Source: Advenella sp. (lineage in GTDB: Bacteria > Pseudomonadota > Gammaproteobacteria > Burkholderiales > Burkholderiaceae_B). From it: DNA of 64,000 nt. The translations under genes and the position numbers were made by a program. The notes beneath the pieces are model-generated. The model was not told the DNA's origin and did not search any database. It worked only from the letters and a program-made list of their open reading frames with translations. Where the stretch lies: positions 561-64,560 of the forward strand of contig JBBADT010000007.1 in assembly GCA_041656315.1 (NCBI GenBank), read 5' to 3'. This document shows positions 49,149-61,378 of the stretch, piece by piece (within the stretch, counting starts at the first letter, position 1; the number at the start of each line of letters is the position of its first letter).

Positions 49149-50672
49149 ATGACAGAACAACATAACCCTATCGCTCCCGAACAAGATGAAAACCGCCTGA
49201 TTGCCGAACGTCGTGTCAAGCTGGATAAAATCCGTGAAGAAGGGATTGCCTTTCCTAACGATTTTGAACCCGAACACAAGGCCTTGAAACTGCACGAACA
49301 GTTCGATGCCCTGGACAAAGAAACCCTGGATCCGCAAAAAATACCCGCCAAGGTAGCCGGCCGCATGATGCTTAAGCGTGTCATGGGCAAGGCCAGCTTT
49401 GCCACCATTCAGGACAGCAGCGGCCGTATTCAGATTTATCTGGACAAAAACTCGGTAGGCGAAGACACCTACAACCAGTTCAAGCAATGGGATATTGGTG
49501 ACATTATTGCCGTAGAAGGCCGTGTATTCAAAACCAACAAGGGTGAGCTGTCCATTCATGCAGAAAGCATTCGCCTGCTTGCCAAATCACTGCGTCCTTT
49601 ACCCGATAAATTCCACGGCATTGCCGATCAGGAACTGCGTTACCGCCAACGCTATGTAGACCTGATCATGACCGAAGAAACGCGCAACACGTTCAAAACG
49701 CGTAGCAAGGCCATTAACGCCATTCGCTCATACATGCTAAACGCCGACTTCCTTGAAGTTGAAACCCCCATGCTGCACCCCATTCCAGGCGGCGCCGCGG
49801 CCAAACCCTTTGTGACGCATCACAATGCCCTGGACATGGAAATGTACTTGCGTATTGCCCCCGAACTGTACCTGAAACGCTTGGTCGTGGGTGGCTTTGA
49901 ACGCGTTTTTGAAATTAATCGCAACTTCCGCAACGAAGGGGTCAGTCCTCGCCACAATCCAGAATTCACCATGATGGAGTTCTATGCCGCTTACACCAAT
50001 TACCAGTGGCTCATGAACTTTACCGAAAAACTGCTACGTGATGTAGCCATCCAGGCAGCTGGCAGTGCCGTACTGACCCATCAGGGCCGCGAGCTTGATT
50101 TAAGCAAACCCTTTGACCGCCTTACGATTGTTGAAGCCATTACCAAATATGCGCCCGAATACACAGAAGCACAATTGGCCGATGAAGCGTTTTTGCGTAA
50201 CGAACTGAAGAAATTCGGTGTAGATGCGTATGATGCGGTCATGTCCCGGGCGGGCATTGGTGCCCTGCAACTGGCCCTGTTTGAAGAAACCGCCGAAGCC
50301 AAACTGTGGAACCCAACCTTCATCATTGACTATCCGGTTGAAGTTTCACCTTTGGCACGCGCGTCCGACACTGTTCCTGGCATTACCGAACGCTTTGAAC
50401 TGTTCATTACCGGCCGTGAAATTGCCAATGGCTTCTCTGAGTTAAATGACCCTGAAGACCAGGCAGCCCGCTTCCTGGCCCAGGTAGAGGCCAAAGACGC
50501 CGGTGATGAAGAAGCCATGTTCTATGATGCCGACTATATACGCGCACTGGAATACGGCATGCCACCGGCAGGTGGTTGCGGTATTGGCATAGACCGCCTG
50601 GTTATGCTGCTCACAGACAGCCCCAGCATTCGCGACGTATTGCTCTTCCCGCATTTGCGTAAAGAAGGCTGA
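49149..50672 (+). CDS. lysS: Lysine--tRNA ligase (class II)
   Basis: [39 protein letters not shown]. Confidence 0.98.
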   Translation: MTEQHNPIAPEQDENRLIAERRVKLDKIREEGIAFPNDFEPEHKALKLHEQFDALDKETLDPQKIPAKVAGRMMLKRVMGKASFATIQDSSGRIQIYLDKNSVGEDTYNQFKQWDIGDIIAVEGRVFKTNKGELSIHAESIRLLAKSLRPLPDKFHGIADQELRYRQRYVDLIMTEETRNTFKTRSKAINAIRSYMLNADFLEVETPMLHPIPGGAAAKPFVTHHNALDMEMYLRIAPELYLKRLVVGGFERVFEINRNFRNEGVSPRHNPEFTMMEFYAAYTNYQWLMNFTEKLLRDVAIQAAGSAVLTHQGRELDLSKPFDRLTIVEAITKYAPEYTEAQLADEAFLRNELKKFGVDAYDAVMSRAGIGALQLALFEETAEAKLWNPTFIIDYPVEVSPLARASDTVPGITERFELFITGREIANGFSELNDPEDQAARFLAQVEAKDAGDEEAMFYDADYIRALEYGMPPAGGCGIGIDRLVMLLTDSPSIRDVLLFPHLRKEG

Positions 50673-50713
50673 TTAGCATTAAAAAAAACACCGCTTAAGC
50701 GGTATTGATATTT

Positions 50714-50753
50714 AAAAAACCGGCATCGGCAACTATACGATGTCGGTTTTTTT
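50714..50753. terminator. Bidirectional terminator between lysS and the YaiI-family gene
   Basis: A6-CCGGCATCG-loop-CGATGTCGG-T7. Confidence 0.8.
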
Positions 50754-50764
50754 ATGCCACCCAT

Positions 50765-51226
50765 TCATTTTCTTTGCGCCACATAACGGGCCAGCAGTTT
50801 ATCCAGCTGATTGGCAAATGCTTTCTGGTCGGCGTGGTTAAAGGCTTTAGGACCACCGGTTTCAATGCCGCTGCTACGCAACTCTTCCATCATGTCGCGA
50901 ATAGCCAGCCTTTCCCGAATATTTTCTGGTGAATACAGTTCACCGCGCGGATTCAAGGCGATCGCTTTTTTATCAATAACTTCGGCGGCCAGCGGGATAT
51001 CGGCCGTAACCACCAAGTCGCCGGCCTGTGCCTGTTCAACAATATAGGCATCTGCTACATCAAACCCTCTGGGCACTTGAAGGGACTGAATAAAAACAGA
51101 AGGCGGTACCATTAACATTTGGTTGGCCACCAGGGTTGTATGAATTTCCCAGCGCTTGGCTGCCCGAAACAGAATTTGTTTGATAACAACGGGACAGGCA
51201 TCGGCATCCACCCAGATTTTCATCAT
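50765..51226 (-). CDS. YaiI/YqxD (DUF188) family protein
   Basis: [31 protein letters not shown]. Confidence 0.9.
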   Translation of the reverse strand: MMKIWVDADACPVVIKQILFRAAKRWEIHTTLVANQMLMVPPSVFIQSLQVPRGFDVADAYIVEQAQAGDLVVTADIPLAAEVIDKKAIALNPRGELYSPENIRERLAIRDMMEELRSSGIETGGPKAFNHADQKAFANQLDKLLARYVAQRK

Positions 51227-51301
51227 TTATTACATTTTTCCACTATTATTGAATTTAAAAAAGCGATTGGCGCGGTTTTCTTCATCTGGGTTGCGGCACA
51301 C

Positions 51302-52060
51302 TTATACGTAATGCATAACCAGCTTATGATTCTGAACCGGTACAATTTCGGCATCCACACCAAACAAACGCTGCAGGTTTTGAGGTGTTATAACATCATT
51401 CGGCTTTCCGTGCAGCACCAATTCGCCCTGCTTCATTCCCATGATGTTATCCGCATAGGCCGACGCATAGTTGATGTCGTGCAATACGATAATAATCGTC
51501 CGCTTGTACTCATCCGCAATCTGGCGCAACAAACCCATCAAATTACGGGCATGGAACATATCCAGGTTGTTTAAAGGTTCATCCAGTAGCAGATAGTCGG
51601 TAGACTGGCAAAAAACCATAGCTACCAATGCTCGTTGCCGTTGCCCACCCGATAAATCAATCACAAAACGTGAAGCCAGCTCCATCAGGCTAAACTGTTC
51701 CAGGGTTTTTTCCACTATCTCATGATCTTCCTGAGCGGGAGCCCCCTTATGATAGGGAAAACGCCCAAACATTAACAATTCCCGCACGGTAATCCGACTG
51801 GTGACACTATTATCCTGTCGCATAATAGCCATTTTTTTGGCAATCTCACTAGTTGGCGTTTTGGATAAATCAATACCATCAAAACTGACATGCCCCTGTT
51901 TCAGGGGTATTAGCCGCGCCATGAGTGACAGCAAAGTGGATTTGCCAGCGCCATTAGGGCCAACCAAAGCGGTAATTCCACCCTTTTCAATGGTGGCGCT
52001 TATATTTTTAAGAATGGGTAAACTGCCCACCTGATAACTGACTTGGTCCAATACGATCAT
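51302..52060 (-). CDS. Iron-siderophore ABC transporter ATPase (CeuD/FatE type)
   Basis: GPNGAGKST, FGRFPY, LSGGQRQR, LDEPLNNLDM, LHDINYA. Confidence 0.88.
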   Translation of the reverse strand: MIVLDQVSYQVGSLPILKNISATIEKGGITALVGPNGAGKSTLLSLMARLIPLKQGHVSFDGIDLSKTPTSEIAKKMAIMRQDNSVTSRITVRELLMFGRFPYHKGAPAQEDHEIVEKTLEQFSLMELASRFVIDLSGGQRQRALVAMVFCQSTDYLLLDEPLNNLDMFHARNLMGLLRQIADEYKRTIIIVLHDINYASAYADNIMGMKQGELVLHGKPNDVITPQNLQRLFGVDAEIVPVQNHKLVMHYV

Positions 52061-53001
52061 AATGCTTTTCTTTTCAAGAGGAAGACCAGGAATACAATCC
52101 CGCCCAGGAATTCAACCACCACACTAAGCACGGCTTTCATTCCCAACACATGTTCAAACAACATTTGCCCTGATACCAGGCAAAGCCCCCCCATCAGGAA
52201 CGCCGCTGGTATCAACACCGCATGCCGATGCGTTTTCATTAACACATAAGTCATGCCCGATACCAGTAATCCAAAAAAACTGACTGGGCCAACCAGGGCG
52301 GTGGAAACCGACACCAGAATGGCAATCAGGAACAAAATGAGCACATTGCAGCGACGGTAAGGAATACCCAGATTGATGGCATGCTCACGGCCCAATGCCA
52401 TGACATCCAGAACGTGCCGCAAGCGCCAGATCACGATACTGACCCCCACAACAAGCACCAGGCTGATCTGAAGCAAGGTCGTATTCACCACATTGAATTG
52501 GGCAAAGCTGGCATTTTGCACCACGGCAAAATCATCGGGATCAATAATCCGCTGGATAAAGCTGGCCAGACTACGAAACAGCACGCCAAGAATGACACCA
52601 ACCAGAATCATGCGATACAAATCCGTAGCATTGCTAAGCAGCAATGAAGAAAAGATCAGCAGGGAGGCAATCAGCATGATGCCGATTTCAATGGAAAATT
52701 TAAACGAAGGGTCGAGCATGGCGTAGCCAAATCCGCCCAGCAGCAACACCAACGCACTTTGAATTAATAAATACAGGGAATCAAATCCCATTATGTAGGG
52801 CGTCAATATCCGGTTGGCAGTGAGTGTCTGGAACAACACCGTGGAAATGGAAATGGCATAGGCAACCAGCAACAAGGCAAGCAGCTTGCCACCGCGAAAA
52901 GGCAGCACAAAACCCCAGTTGCCTGAACTGTTTACCGTCATGAACAAGACCATTGACACAAGCAGGCCACAAGACATTAATAGTAGTTTTTTAGCGTGCA
53001 T
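52057..53001 (-). CDS. Iron-siderophore ABC transporter permease (CeuC/FatC type)
   Basis: FQTLTANRILTPYIMGFDSLY, STALVGP. Confidence 0.88.
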   Translation of the reverse strand: MHAKKLLLMSCGLLVSMVLFMTVNSSGNWGFVLPFRGGKLLALLLVAYAISISTVLFQTLTANRILTPYIMGFDSLYLLIQSALVLLLGGFGYAMLDPSFKFSIEIGIMLIASLLIFSSLLLSNATDLYRMILVGVILGVLFRSLASFIQRIIDPDDFAVVQNASFAQFNVVNTTLLQISLVLVVGVSIVIWRLRHVLDVMALGREHAINLGIPYRRCNVLILFLIAILVSVSTALVGPVSFFGLLVSGMTYVLMKTHRHAVLIPAAFLMGGLCLVSGQMLFEHVLGMKAVLSVVVEFLGGIVFLVFLLKRKAL

Positions 53002-53944
53002 GGGCAGGTTTTACAAAGAGCAGGTAAAGGAAAACAAGGGTCCCCAAAATACCAATAATGGTACCCACCGGAATTTCATACGGATAATTGGCCAGCCGTC
53101 CAATTAAATCACAAGCCAGAACAAGACCTGCCCCCATCACGGCAATCCAAGGCAAGGTCACCCGCAGATTATCACCCATGAGGCGACTGATGATATTGGG
53201 AACCACCAGACCAATAAAAGGAATAGCCCCCACCGTCACCACCACAATCGCTGTAATAATGGCCACGATACCCAGGCCAATCGTAACTATAGTGCCGTAG
53301 TTCAGGCCCAGATTGGTGCTCATTTCCTTGCCCAGGCCGGCAATCGTAAACTGGTTGGCAAAAAGATAAGCCGTAACTCCCAGTATGCCGGTTAGCCACA
53401 GCAGTTCATAACGACCAGCCAGCACACTGGAAAAATCACCATTGATCCATGCAGCCAGAAACTGCATCATATCCATTTCGAAGGCAATAAATGTAGCGGC
53501 CGCCCCAATCACACCACCATAAATAATGCCTACCAGCGGCAGCATTAAGTACGCGCTGGGTGGCAGGCGTCGGGCTATAAGCATGAACACATACAAACCG
53601 ATCAGGGCCGTTATACAGGACACCAGCATTTTGAGCATAAGCGAGGCTCCCGGGTAGAGCAAAGTAACGGCAATCAGCCCAAGTGTTGCGCTTTGCGTGG
53701 TACCCACCATAGACGGCTCAACAAACCGGTTTTTCATGATCATTTGCATGATCAGACCCGCAATAGACATGGATGCCCCGGTAAGAATAAGAGCCAGGGT
53801 ACGGGGAAAACGACTGGTAAAAAAAACGTTTAACGCCAACGGATCACTAAATAATGAGCCCAGGCTAACGTCACTGACGCCAACAAACAAACTGGCCACC
53901 ATCAGAAAAAAAATAGTGGCAAGCACAAGAATTTTTGATTTCAT
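52991..53944 (-). CDS. Iron-siderophore ABC transporter permease (CeuB/FatD type)
   Basis: SRFPRTLA, GLIMQ...NRFVEP, GRYE, GLVVPN, GDN. Confidence 0.88.
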   Translation of the reverse strand: MKSKILVLATIFFLMVASLFVGVSDVSLGSLFSDPLALNVFFTSRFPRTLALILTGASMSIAGLIMQMIMKNRFVEPSMVGTTQSATLGLIAVTLLYPGASLMLKMLVSCITALIGLYVFMLIARRLPPSAYLMLPLVGIIYGGVIGAAATFIAFEMDMMQFLAAWINGDFSSVLAGRYELLWLTGILGVTAYLFANQFTIAGLGKEMSTNLGLNYGTIVTIGLGIVAIITAIVVVTVGAIPFIGLVVPNIISRLMGDNLRVTLPWIAVMGAGLVLACDLIGRLANYPYEIPVGTIIGILGTLVFLYLLFVKPAHAR

Positions 53945-53961
53945 GCTGAAGATTCAGGAAT

Positions 53962-54864
53962 TTATTCGCTACCCTTGAAAGCCTTTGTCAGCAATTCAAG
54001 TTCAGCCATAAGCTGATGATAACCACCTGAGGAAAGGTATGAAGAAGCATCCAGATAAATGACCTGTTTCTTGTCAAAAGCGGTTGTGTTCTTCAACAAC
54101 GCGTTGTCCAACACCACTTTGGCATTTTCACCTTTGGCATTAATGGCAGAGGTTCGATCCATGACAATAATCCAGTCAGGGTTCATTTTTTGAATGAACT
54201 CAAAAGAAACAGGCTGACCATGGGTCGCATCATTCTTGTTTAAATCAGCCGGTTCAATCCCGATCTCGTTAAACAAATAACCAAACCGGGACTCGGCACC
54301 AAATGAGGCGATTTTTGGACCATTAACCATAATCATCAAGGCCTTTCCCTTGCCTTTTACCGCTTCCTGTGTCTGCTTTAGGGCATTTTCAAGATTGGCA
54401 ATTAACGTCGCGGCCTGTGCTTCTTTGTTGAAGATTTTTCCATAGGTAACGATACGATCAAAACCTTGCTTAAAAGCTTCCTTGCCATTCAGGGTCATAT
54501 CCACCGTTGGGCCTACTTTGGAAAGCACCTCATAATTGGGTGCCATACGACCACCAATCACAATCAGATCAGGCTTCATGCCATTAAGGGCTTCAAGATC
54601 AGGGTCTTTAATAGTACCAATATGTACTTTAGCCTTTTCAGACATATCCGCCAGGTAATCAACATACACATCCCTGATGACGCCTTTAGGCTGTATACCC
54701 AAAGCCTTCAAGCTATCCAGCGCGGCAATATCATATACGGCCAGCGATTCAACCTGATCAGGAACCTTAACAACACCACGGGCGGTTTCCACTTCAGCGG
54801 CATGCGCCAATGAAAAAGAGGTACTTGCCAACAAGACAAAAGATTTAAGAAAAAACGATTTCAT
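53962..54864 (-). CDS. Siderophore-binding periplasmic protein (CeuE/FatB/FetB type)
   Basis: Signal peptide; GTIKDPDLE, KPDLIVIGGR, SRFG, THGQPVSFE, MDR. Confidence 0.87.
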   Translation of the reverse strand: MKSFFLKSFVLLASTSFSLAHAAEVETARGVVKVPDQVESLAVYDIAALDSLKALGIQPKGVIRDVYVDYLADMSEKAKVHIGTIKDPDLEALNGMKPDLIVIGGRMAPNYEVLSKVGPTVDMTLNGKEAFKQGFDRIVTYGKIFNKEAQAATLIANLENALKQTQEAVKGKGKALMIMVNGPKIASFGAESRFGYLFNEIGIEPADLNKNDATHGQPVSFEFIQKMNPDWIIVMDRTSAINAKGENAKVVLDNALLKNTTAFDKKQVIYLDASSYLSSGGYHQLMAELELLTKAFKGSE

Positions 54865-54995
54865 GTATTCACCGGTGATAAAAATCTTAATCACAACACA
54901 TAAGATTTCTTTATCAGACCAAGGTGCAACAAGAAGATCGGCAACATGCTTACAGTAAATCCATGTGCTGTGAGATATTATTAAACTTATTCATA

Positions 54996-55014
54996 AATAC
55001 GAATTATTCTCATT
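54996..55014. promoter_or_regulatory. Putative Fur box upstream of the siderophore ABC operon
   Basis: - strand AATGAGAATAATTCGTATT resembles the Fur consensus. Confidence 0.65.
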
Positions 55015-55138
55015 ATTATCTTATTTTTTATCATGAATGACAAGCAAAAAATGAGTAATGCTTCCTGATTAATGAATGTAAATCAAACTTTCAGAAAGAA
55101 AAAGGTGTCATGCATTTCAAGTTATGCCGAAATGACAC

Positions 55139-55990
55139 CTATGGCTGGAAAGCACCAATAAAAATAGCCGGGTCCACCCGGGTATCGTTGAGACTCACGT
55201 TCCAGTGCAAATGTGGACCGGTAGAGCGGCCTGTCGTGCCCACCCTTCCAAGCAGCTCGCCTCTTTTAATAGTTTGCCCTTTTTTAACATCAATGGCGGA
55301 TAAATGACAGTACATGGTGACCATGCCCTGCCCGTGGTCAATAAAAACCGTTTTACCATTGAAATAATAATCATCAACAATAGTCACCACCCCATCGGCC
55401 GGGGCTTTGACCGGCGTACCGGTTGGGACGGCAATGTCCAGCCCCGAATGTGGATTGCGCTCTTGTCCGTTAAAAAAACGGCGCAACCCAAACGGACTGG
55501 AATAACGACCACCTTCTACCGGACGATCAAGAATGACATTACTGGGATTGGTCGGCCTGAAATGGGCGTAAGCATTGGTTTGAGCGGCCAATTCACGCTT
55601 GATGCGGGCCAGATGTTCTTCGGAGGGAGTGACATATTTATTGGACTTCAGCTTGATATGCTGCTCTTTATATTTTTTTGGCTGAACCTGAAACGGCACC
55701 TGTTGTGAACGGGTTGATGTTTTAAGCTGAAGCTGGTGCTGGCCCGATTTACTTTTAAGCGGAATACCGACAATCGCCAGATACTCGGCCGTATTGCCAT
55801 TGGCCACCACCATTACTGGCTTGTTACGATAGTGAACGCTGGGAGGCTGCTTATGCTCGCCAAGACTGACGACGGCAATTCCTCCAGGAACCGGCTGGTG
55901 CAGTTTATCCTTAATATAACTATTGGCCAAAGAAAGGCCAGACATGAAAAAAAGCATGACCCCTCCAATTATTCCAATCGTTGATTTCAT
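55139..55990 (-). CDS. M23-family peptidoglycan endopeptidase
   Basis: Signal peptide; SSPFGLRR, HSGLD, TGRSTGPHLH; start reset to ATG 55990 (GTG 55999 possible). Confidence 0.88.
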   Translation of the reverse strand: MKSTIGIIGGVMLFFMSGLSLANSYIKDKLHQPVPGGIAVVSLGEHKQPPSVHYRNKPVMVVANGNTAEYLAIVGIPLKSKSGQHQLQLKTSTRSQQVPFQVQPKKYKEQHIKLKSNKYVTPSEEHLARIKRELAAQTNAYAHFRPTNPSNVILDRPVEGGRYSSPFGLRRFFNGQERNPHSGLDIAVPTGTPVKAPADGVVTIVDDYYFNGKTVFIDHGQGMVTMYCHLSAIDVKKGQTIKRGELLGRVGTTGRSTGPHLHWNVSLNDTRVDPAIFIGAFQP

Positions 55991-56018
55991 GCTTTTCACA
56001 CTGCTTCCTTGCTGGTAT

Positions 56019-56360
56019 CTAGTGATTCTCTTTGGCGTGATTGATTGTATACTTTGGAATCTCGATAACAAGATCTTTATCGGCAATTTTAGCCTGACAA
56101 GACAAACGAGAGGTGGATTTCAAGCCCCATGCCCGGTCCAGCAAATCCTCTTCATCATCGGTGGCATCTTCAAGAGAAGAAAAACCTTCCTTGACCACAA
56201 CGTGACAAGTCGTACAGGCACATGACAATTCACAGGCATGTTCAATTTCAACATGGTTGTCCAACAAGACACGGCAAATGGACTCTCCGACGGGAGCATT
56301 TTCAATCACTGCGCCTTCCGGACACAGTGTTTCATGTGGCAATATGGTTATCTTTGGCAT
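56019..56360 (-). CDS. fdx: ISC 2Fe-2S ferredoxin
   Basis: [28 protein letters not shown]. Confidence 0.95.
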   Translation of the reverse strand: MPKITILPHETLCPEGAVIENAPVGESICRVLLDNHVEIEHACELSCACTTCHVVVKEGFSSLEDATDDEEDLLDRAWGLKSTSRLSCQAKIADKDLVIEIPKYTINHAKENH

Positions 56361-56371
56361 TTATATTCCAA

Positions 56372-58234
56372 TTATGCTATTTGATCTAGGGTTTTACCTG
56401 ACAGTGCCTGGCGGATGCTACGATCCATGCGACGGGCCGCAAAATCATCAGTGGCCTGGGACAAAGTCTGCACGGCATCACGAATATCATCGGTTGAACC
56501 GTTTTCTGAGTGCTTTACCGTTTCGGCCAACAAACGCTGGATGTGCGCAAGCTCATCGGCCTGCAGCAAATCTCCATCTTTCTTGATTGCTGCCTCAATG
56601 GATTCCACCAATTGGCGGGCTTCAACCTGCTGTTCACGATGCATGCGCATTTTGGCATCTTCATCAGATTTATCGACACTGTCCTGCAACATTGAGGAAA
56701 TCTCATCGTCAGACAGGCCATAAGAAGGCTTAACGGTTACTGCCGCCTCTATGCCTGTACTTTGTTCACGGGCAGTCACGCTAAGCAGGCCATCGGCATC
56801 AACCTGGAAGGTTACCCGAATGCGTGCGGCACCGGCTACCATGGATGGAATGTCACGCAATTCAAAACGTGCCAATGAACGGCAATGATCAACCAGCTCG
56901 CGCTCACCCTGAACTACATGCACACTCATGGCGGTTTGACCGTCTTTGAATGTAGTGAACTCCTGGGCGCGGGCAACAGGAATGGTACTGTTTCGTGGAA
57001 TCACTTTTTCTACCAGACCACCCATGGTTTCAAGCCCCAATGACAAGGGTGTGACATCAAGCAGCAGCCAGTCATCATCGGCCCCACGATTGCCTGCCAG
57101 TAAATTGGCCTGCAAAGCGGCACCCAGGGCCACCACTTCATCAGGGTTCAGGTTAATCAAAGGTTCCTGTTTAAAGAAATCGGCGACCATAGTGCGAATC
57201 ACTGGCATGCGGGTAGCACCGCCAACCATGACAACTCCCTTGATGTCCTTCACATCCAGTGAGGCATCTTTCAGGGTTTGCTTGATCCGCTCAAGTGAAC
57301 GGTTTACCAGGTCTTTGGCAATATTTTCAAAATGATTACGGGGAAAATTCTGGTCGATGTGCAAGCCATCAGACAGGGCAATCTGAAATACGGCACGTGA
57401 GTGATCAGTTAGTTTTTCACGTACCTGCTTGGCAAGCGTACGCAAGGCCCGCTTATCACCCGGACTTAACTTGCTTTTGTCATGGTGCTTCATGACATCG
57501 TTGATGATCAGCTCATCAAAGTCATCTCCACCGAGTTGCGTATCGCCACTGGTGGCGATAACCTCGAACACGCCCTTGCTAAGCTTGAGGATGGAAATAT
57601 CAAAGGTGCCGCCACCCAGATCATACACTGCGTAAATACCCTCAGCGGCATTATCCAGGCCATAGGCAATGGCAGCAGCTGTGGGCTCATTAATAAGCCT
57701 CAGCACGTTTAGGCCGGCCAGGCGCGCGGCATCACGAGTAGCCTGACGCTGGGCGTCATCAAAATAAGCGGGAACGGTAATAACCGCACCCACCAATTCG
57801 TCGCCCAACACATCTTCTGCCTGTTGACGCAATTTGGCCAGAATTTGCGCTGAAACCTCGACAGGACTTAGCGGCCCCTGAACGGTACCAAGACGAACCA
57901 TCCCCGGCTCATCAATAAGCTCATAAGGCAGAGCATAGGCCGAGGCCTCATTAAATGAACGGCCCATCAGACGCTTGACAGAAACAATGGTATTCAGGGG
58001 ATCTGAATCCTGCTTTCTAACCGCCGGGTATCCAATTTCAACATCACCGTTTTGCAGATAACGCACCACAGAAGGCAATAGTTTTTTGCCGTTTTTATCG
58101 GTTAGGATCTCGGCGATACTGTTACGTACCGAGGCGACAAGAGAATGAGTCGTACCCAAGTCTATACCAACTGCCAGACGACGTTGATGGGGGGCTGGAG
58201 ATGCGCCAGGTTCTGAAATTTGTAAGAGGGCCAT
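56372..58234 (-). CDS. hscA: Fe-S chaperone HscA
   Basis: [20 protein letters not shown]; Hsp70 motifs; isc context. Confidence 0.97.
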   Translation of the reverse strand: MALLQISEPGASPAPHQRRLAVGIDLGTTHSLVASVRNSIAEILTDKNGKKLLPSVVRYLQNGDVEIGYPAVRKQDSDPLNTIVSVKRLMGRSFNEASAYALPYELIDEPGMVRLGTVQGPLSPVEVSAQILAKLRQQAEDVLGDELVGAVITVPAYFDDAQRQATRDAARLAGLNVLRLINEPTAAAIAYGLDNAAEGIYAVYDLGGGTFDISILKLSKGVFEVIATSGDTQLGGDDFDELIINDVMKHHDKSKLSPGDKRALRTLAKQVREKLTDHSRAVFQIALSDGLHIDQNFPRNHFENIAKDLVNRSLERIKQTLKDASLDVKDIKGVVMVGGATRMPVIRTMVADFFKQEPLINLNPDEVVALGAALQANLLAGNRGADDDWLLLDVTPLSLGLETMGGLVEKVIPRNSTIPVARAQEFTTFKDGQTAMSVHVVQGERELVDHCRSLARFELRDIPSMVAGAARIRVTFQVDADGLLSVTAREQSTGIEAAVTVKPSYGLSDDEISSMLQDSVDKSDEDAKMRMHREQQVEARQLVESIEAAIKKDGDLLQADELAHIQRLLAETVKHSENGSTDDIRDAVQTLSQATDDFAARRMDRSIRQALSGKTLDQIA

Positions 58235-58263
58235 ATTGTACTTCGTAAATAATAAGTTAAAGT

Positions 58264-58764
58264 TTACAGTGCCTTAACTTCCTGATGCATTTTATTGACA
58301 AACATCCACTCGCGAACCCTTTTGGTTGCGCTGGCATAATCTTGTCGTGCATCAATTAAATTTTTCATTTCATCAAACAGTTCGAGCTGTTTTGCCTGAA
58401 TCTCCTGCAAGAGCTCAGTCAGCCCATTATGCTGCGGATCAGTACGGACGTCATCCAGCTGCTCGCGCCACCGCATCTGGGTCATCAGAAATTCTGCCCC
58501 CATTGCGGTATTGCTTTCTGCCTGAATAGGAAAATCTTCAAGCTCGCACATATAGGCTGCACGACTTAAAGGATTTTTCAAGGTTTGGTAGGCATCGTTG
58601 ACACGGGAAGCCCACTGCACCGCAACCCGTTTTTCAGCCGCCGAAGCCGTGGCAAAACGATCTGGGTGAACCCTGGAGGAAGCCTGTTTCCAGGCCTGCT
58701 CCAAAGCTTCTGGAGAAAGTTCAAACTGCTTGGGCAAATTCAATAAACTGAAATGATTATCCAA
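58264..58764 (-). CDS. hscB: Fe-S co-chaperone HscB
   Basis: J-domain [26 protein letters not shown] start. Confidence 0.93.
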   Translation of the reverse strand: MDNHFSLLNLPKQFELSPEALEQAWKQASSRVHPDRFATASAAEKRVAVQWASRVNDAYQTLKNPLSRAAYMCELEDFPIQAESNTAMGAEFLMTQMRWREQLDDVRTDPQHNGLTELLQEIQAKQLELFDEMKNLIDARQDYASATKRVREWMFVNKMHQEVKAL

Positions 58765-58775
58765 AGAAGTTCTAC

Positions 58776-59099
58776 CTATACCGAGAATGATTCACCGCAA
58801 CCGCAACTGGCTTTCTCGTTGGGGTTTGAAAACTTGAAGCCTTCATTCAACCCCTCACGCGCGTAGTCCAGTTCAGTGCCGTCAATATAAGCCAGGCTTT
58901 TCGGATCGACAAAAATTTTCACACCAAAACTCTCGAACAGAACATCTGCATCATCAGGAGTATCAACATATTCAAGCTTGTATGCCATGCCTGAACAACC
59001 TGTTGTTCTTACACCCAGGCGCAGGCCAACGCCCTTGCCTCTTCTATTCAGGTAGTCCTGAATGTGATTTGCCGCTTTTTGAGTTAATGTAATTGCCAT
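58776..59099 (-). CDS. iscA: Fe-S carrier IscA
   Basis: TGCSG, CGCGESF. Confidence 0.96.
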   Translation of the reverse strand: MAITLTQKAANHIQDYLNRRGKGVGLRLGVRTTGCSGMAYKLEYVDTPDDADVLFESFGVKIFVDPKSLAYIDGTELDYAREGLNEGFKFSNPNEKASCGCGESFSV

Positions 59100-59101
59100 A
59101 A

Positions 59102-59485
59102 TCAGCTCGAATGTTTTTCCTTGTAATCCTGAACTGCTGCCTTAATAGCATCTTCAGCCAGAATTGAACAGTGAATTTTCACAGGTGGCAAGGCAAGCTC
59201 TTCTGCAATTTGCGTATTGCGGATGTCCAATGCCTGGTCTAGCGTTTTACCTTTAACCCATTCGGTCACCAGGGAACTGGAAGCAATGGCAGAGCCACAA
59301 CCATAGGTTTTAAATTTGGCATCTTCAATAACACCTTCTTTATTAACCCTGATTTGCAGTTTCATTACGTCACCACAGGCAGGCGCACCTACCATACCGG
59401 TACCCACCGCTTCATCGTCTTTATCAAAAGAACCGACATTACGCGGGTTTTCATAGTGGTCTAAAACTTTATTACTGTAAGCCAT
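59102..59485 (-). CDS. iscU: Fe-S scaffold IscU
   Basis: [24 protein letters not shown]. Confidence 0.97.
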   Translation of the reverse strand: MAYSNKVLDHYENPRNVGSFDKDDEAVGTGMVGAPACGDVMKLQIRVNKEGVIEDAKFKTYGCGSAIASSSLVTEWVKGKTLDQALDIRNTQIAEELALPPVKIHCSILAEDAIKAAVQDYKEKHSS

Positions 59486-59505
59486 GATAATACTCCTGCT
59501 TTAAA

Positions 59506-60717
59506 TTAGTGAGCGGCCCATTGAACCGAATCAAGATCAATCCCTTCTTTGGCCATTTCCCACAAAGGAGACATGTCACGTAGTTTGCCAACACGTGATT
59601 TGATCAATTCAACAGCGTAATCAATTTCTTCTTCGGTGGTAAAACGGCCAATGGTGAAACGGATTGAACTGTGTGCCAGCTCATCGTTTCTGCCCAGAGC
59701 GCGTAATACGTAAGAAGGCTCCAGACTGGCAGAGGTACAGGCAGACCCACTGGAAACTGCCAATTCTTTAATGGCCATAATCAGGGACTCACCTTCCACA
59801 TAGTTGAAGCTGACATTCAGGTTGTGGGGAACCCGCTGATCCATATCACCATTCAGATAAACCTCTTCGATCTGGGACAGGCCATTCCATAAACGGTCAC
59901 GCAATGCACGGATACGTTCATTTTCTGCCTGCATATGTAATTTTGCCAAACGGAAAGCCTCGCCCATGCCAACAATCTGGTGGGTCGCCAGGGTACCAGA
60001 ACGGAAACCGCGTTCATGACCGCCACCATGCATTTGTGCCTCAATACGGATACGTGGTTTCCGGCGGATATACAAGGCGCCAATACCTTTGGGGCCATAG
60101 GTTTTGTGCGCCGAAAAGGACATCAGGTCAACCTTGAGGGTTTGCAGGTCGATATCCACCTTACCGGTTGCCTGTGCGGCATCAACGTGAAAAACAATTC
60201 CTTTTTCACGACACAACTCACCAATTGAAGCGATATCCTGTACAACACCGATTTCATTATTCACAAACATAACAGAAACCAGGATGGTATCGGGACGAAT
60301 AGCCGCCTTCAGTACTTCAAGATCAATCAGGCCATTTTCTTGTACGTCCAGATAGGTCACTTCAAAACCCTGACGCTCCAGTTCACGAGTGGTATCCAGT
60401 ACTGCCTTGTGTTCTGTTTTGATGGTGATGATGTGCTTGCCACGCTCTGCATAGAAATGGGCGGCACCTTTAATCGCCAGGTTGTTTGATTCAGTAGCAC
60501 CCGATGTCCAGACGATTTCCCTTGAGTCGGCATTAACCAATTCCGCCACCTGTTTACGGGCGTTCTCAACGGCCTCTTCCGCTTCCCAGCCAAAAGCATG
60601 ACTGCGTGAAGCCGGATTGCCAAAATGCTCATACAACCAGGGCACCATTTTTTCCACAACTTCCGGATCTACCGGGGTCGTGGCGGAATAATCTAAATAT
60701 ATCGGGCGCTTTGCCAT
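59506..60717 (-). CDS. iscS: Cysteine desulfurase IscS
   Basis: [27 protein letters not shown]. Confidence 0.97.
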   Translation of the reverse strand: MAKRPIYLDYSATTPVDPEVVEKMVPWLYEHFGNPASRSHAFGWEAEEAVENARKQVAELVNADSREIVWTSGATESNNLAIKGAAHFYAERGKHIITIKTEHKAVLDTTRELERQGFEVTYLDVQENGLIDLEVLKAAIRPDTILVSVMFVNNEIGVVQDIASIGELCREKGIVFHVDAAQATGKVDIDLQTLKVDLMSFSAHKTYGPKGIGALYIRRKPRIRIEAQMHGGGHERGFRSGTLATHQIVGMGEAFRLAKLHMQAENERIRALRDRLWNGLSQIEEVYLNGDMDQRVPHNLNVSFNYVEGESLIMAIKELAVSSGSACTSASLEPSYVLRALGRNDELAHSSIRFTIGRFTTEEEIDYAVELIKSRVGKLRDMSPLWEMAKEGIDLDSVQWAAH

Positions 60718-60735
60718 AACATCAAACTCCAAAAT

Positions 60736-61239
60736 TTATACAATGACGGAAGACAGGGAATCGGTTTTTTTTTGCATCATGACACTGCTTGTTTGCGGCA
60801 CCTGATTCAACTGACGCATGCGTTGCTGATCAACTAAATCCTGAAGCGTTACTGAATCCAGGTAATCCACCATTTTTCGGTTCAGGTTGGTCCAGAGATC
60901 GTGTGTCATGCATTTCCCTGATAAATTTCCATCTTTACCAGAGGAACACTCGGATTTGCTCCCACAACTGGTGGCATCCAAGGGTTCATCCACAGCAAAA
61001 ATAATATCGGCGATTGTAATTTCTCTTGCGAAGCGGGCCAGTATATAGCCACCGCCCGGTCCACGAATACTTTCCACCAACTCGTGACGACGCAACTTCC
61101 CGAACAGCTGTTCAAGATAAGAAAGAGAAATATTTTGTCTTTCGCTGACTGTTGATAAAGTTATGGGGCCGCTGTTCTGGCGTAAGGCCAGATCAATCAT
61201 TGCCGTGACGGCAAATCGACCTTTCGTAGTTAATCGCAT
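60736..61239 (-). CDS. iscR: Fe-S cluster regulator IscR
   Basis: MRLTTKGRFAVTAM, SYLEQLF, RGPGGGY, three Cys plus THDLW; start reset to ATG 61239. Confidence 0.95.
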   Translation of the reverse strand: MRLTTKGRFAVTAMIDLALRQNSGPITLSTVSERQNISLSYLEQLFGKLRRHELVESIRGPGGGYILARFAREITIADIIFAVDEPLDATSCGSKSECSSGKDGNLSGKCMTHDLWTNLNRKMVDYLDSVTLQDLVDQQRMRQLNQVPQTSSVMMQKKTDSLSSVIV

Positions 61240-61257
61240 AATAAATTCCTTGCCGCA

Positions 61258-61312
61258 ATAGCCGAGTAATTTACTCAAGTATAACAAATAGTCGACTAAT
61301 TTACTAGGATTT
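61258..61312. promoter_or_regulatory. Two tandem type-1 IscR binding sites
   Basis: ATAGCCGAGTAATTTACTCAAGTAT (61258-61282) and ATAGTCGACTAATTTACTAGGATTT (61288-61312) resemble the 25-bp IscR type-1 motif, directly upstream of iscR. Confidence 0.8.
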
Positions 61313-61378
61313 ATTATTGATATAATGAAATTTGCACAAATATTGTCATATTTGTGCAATAGTCAGATTTTAAGGGAA

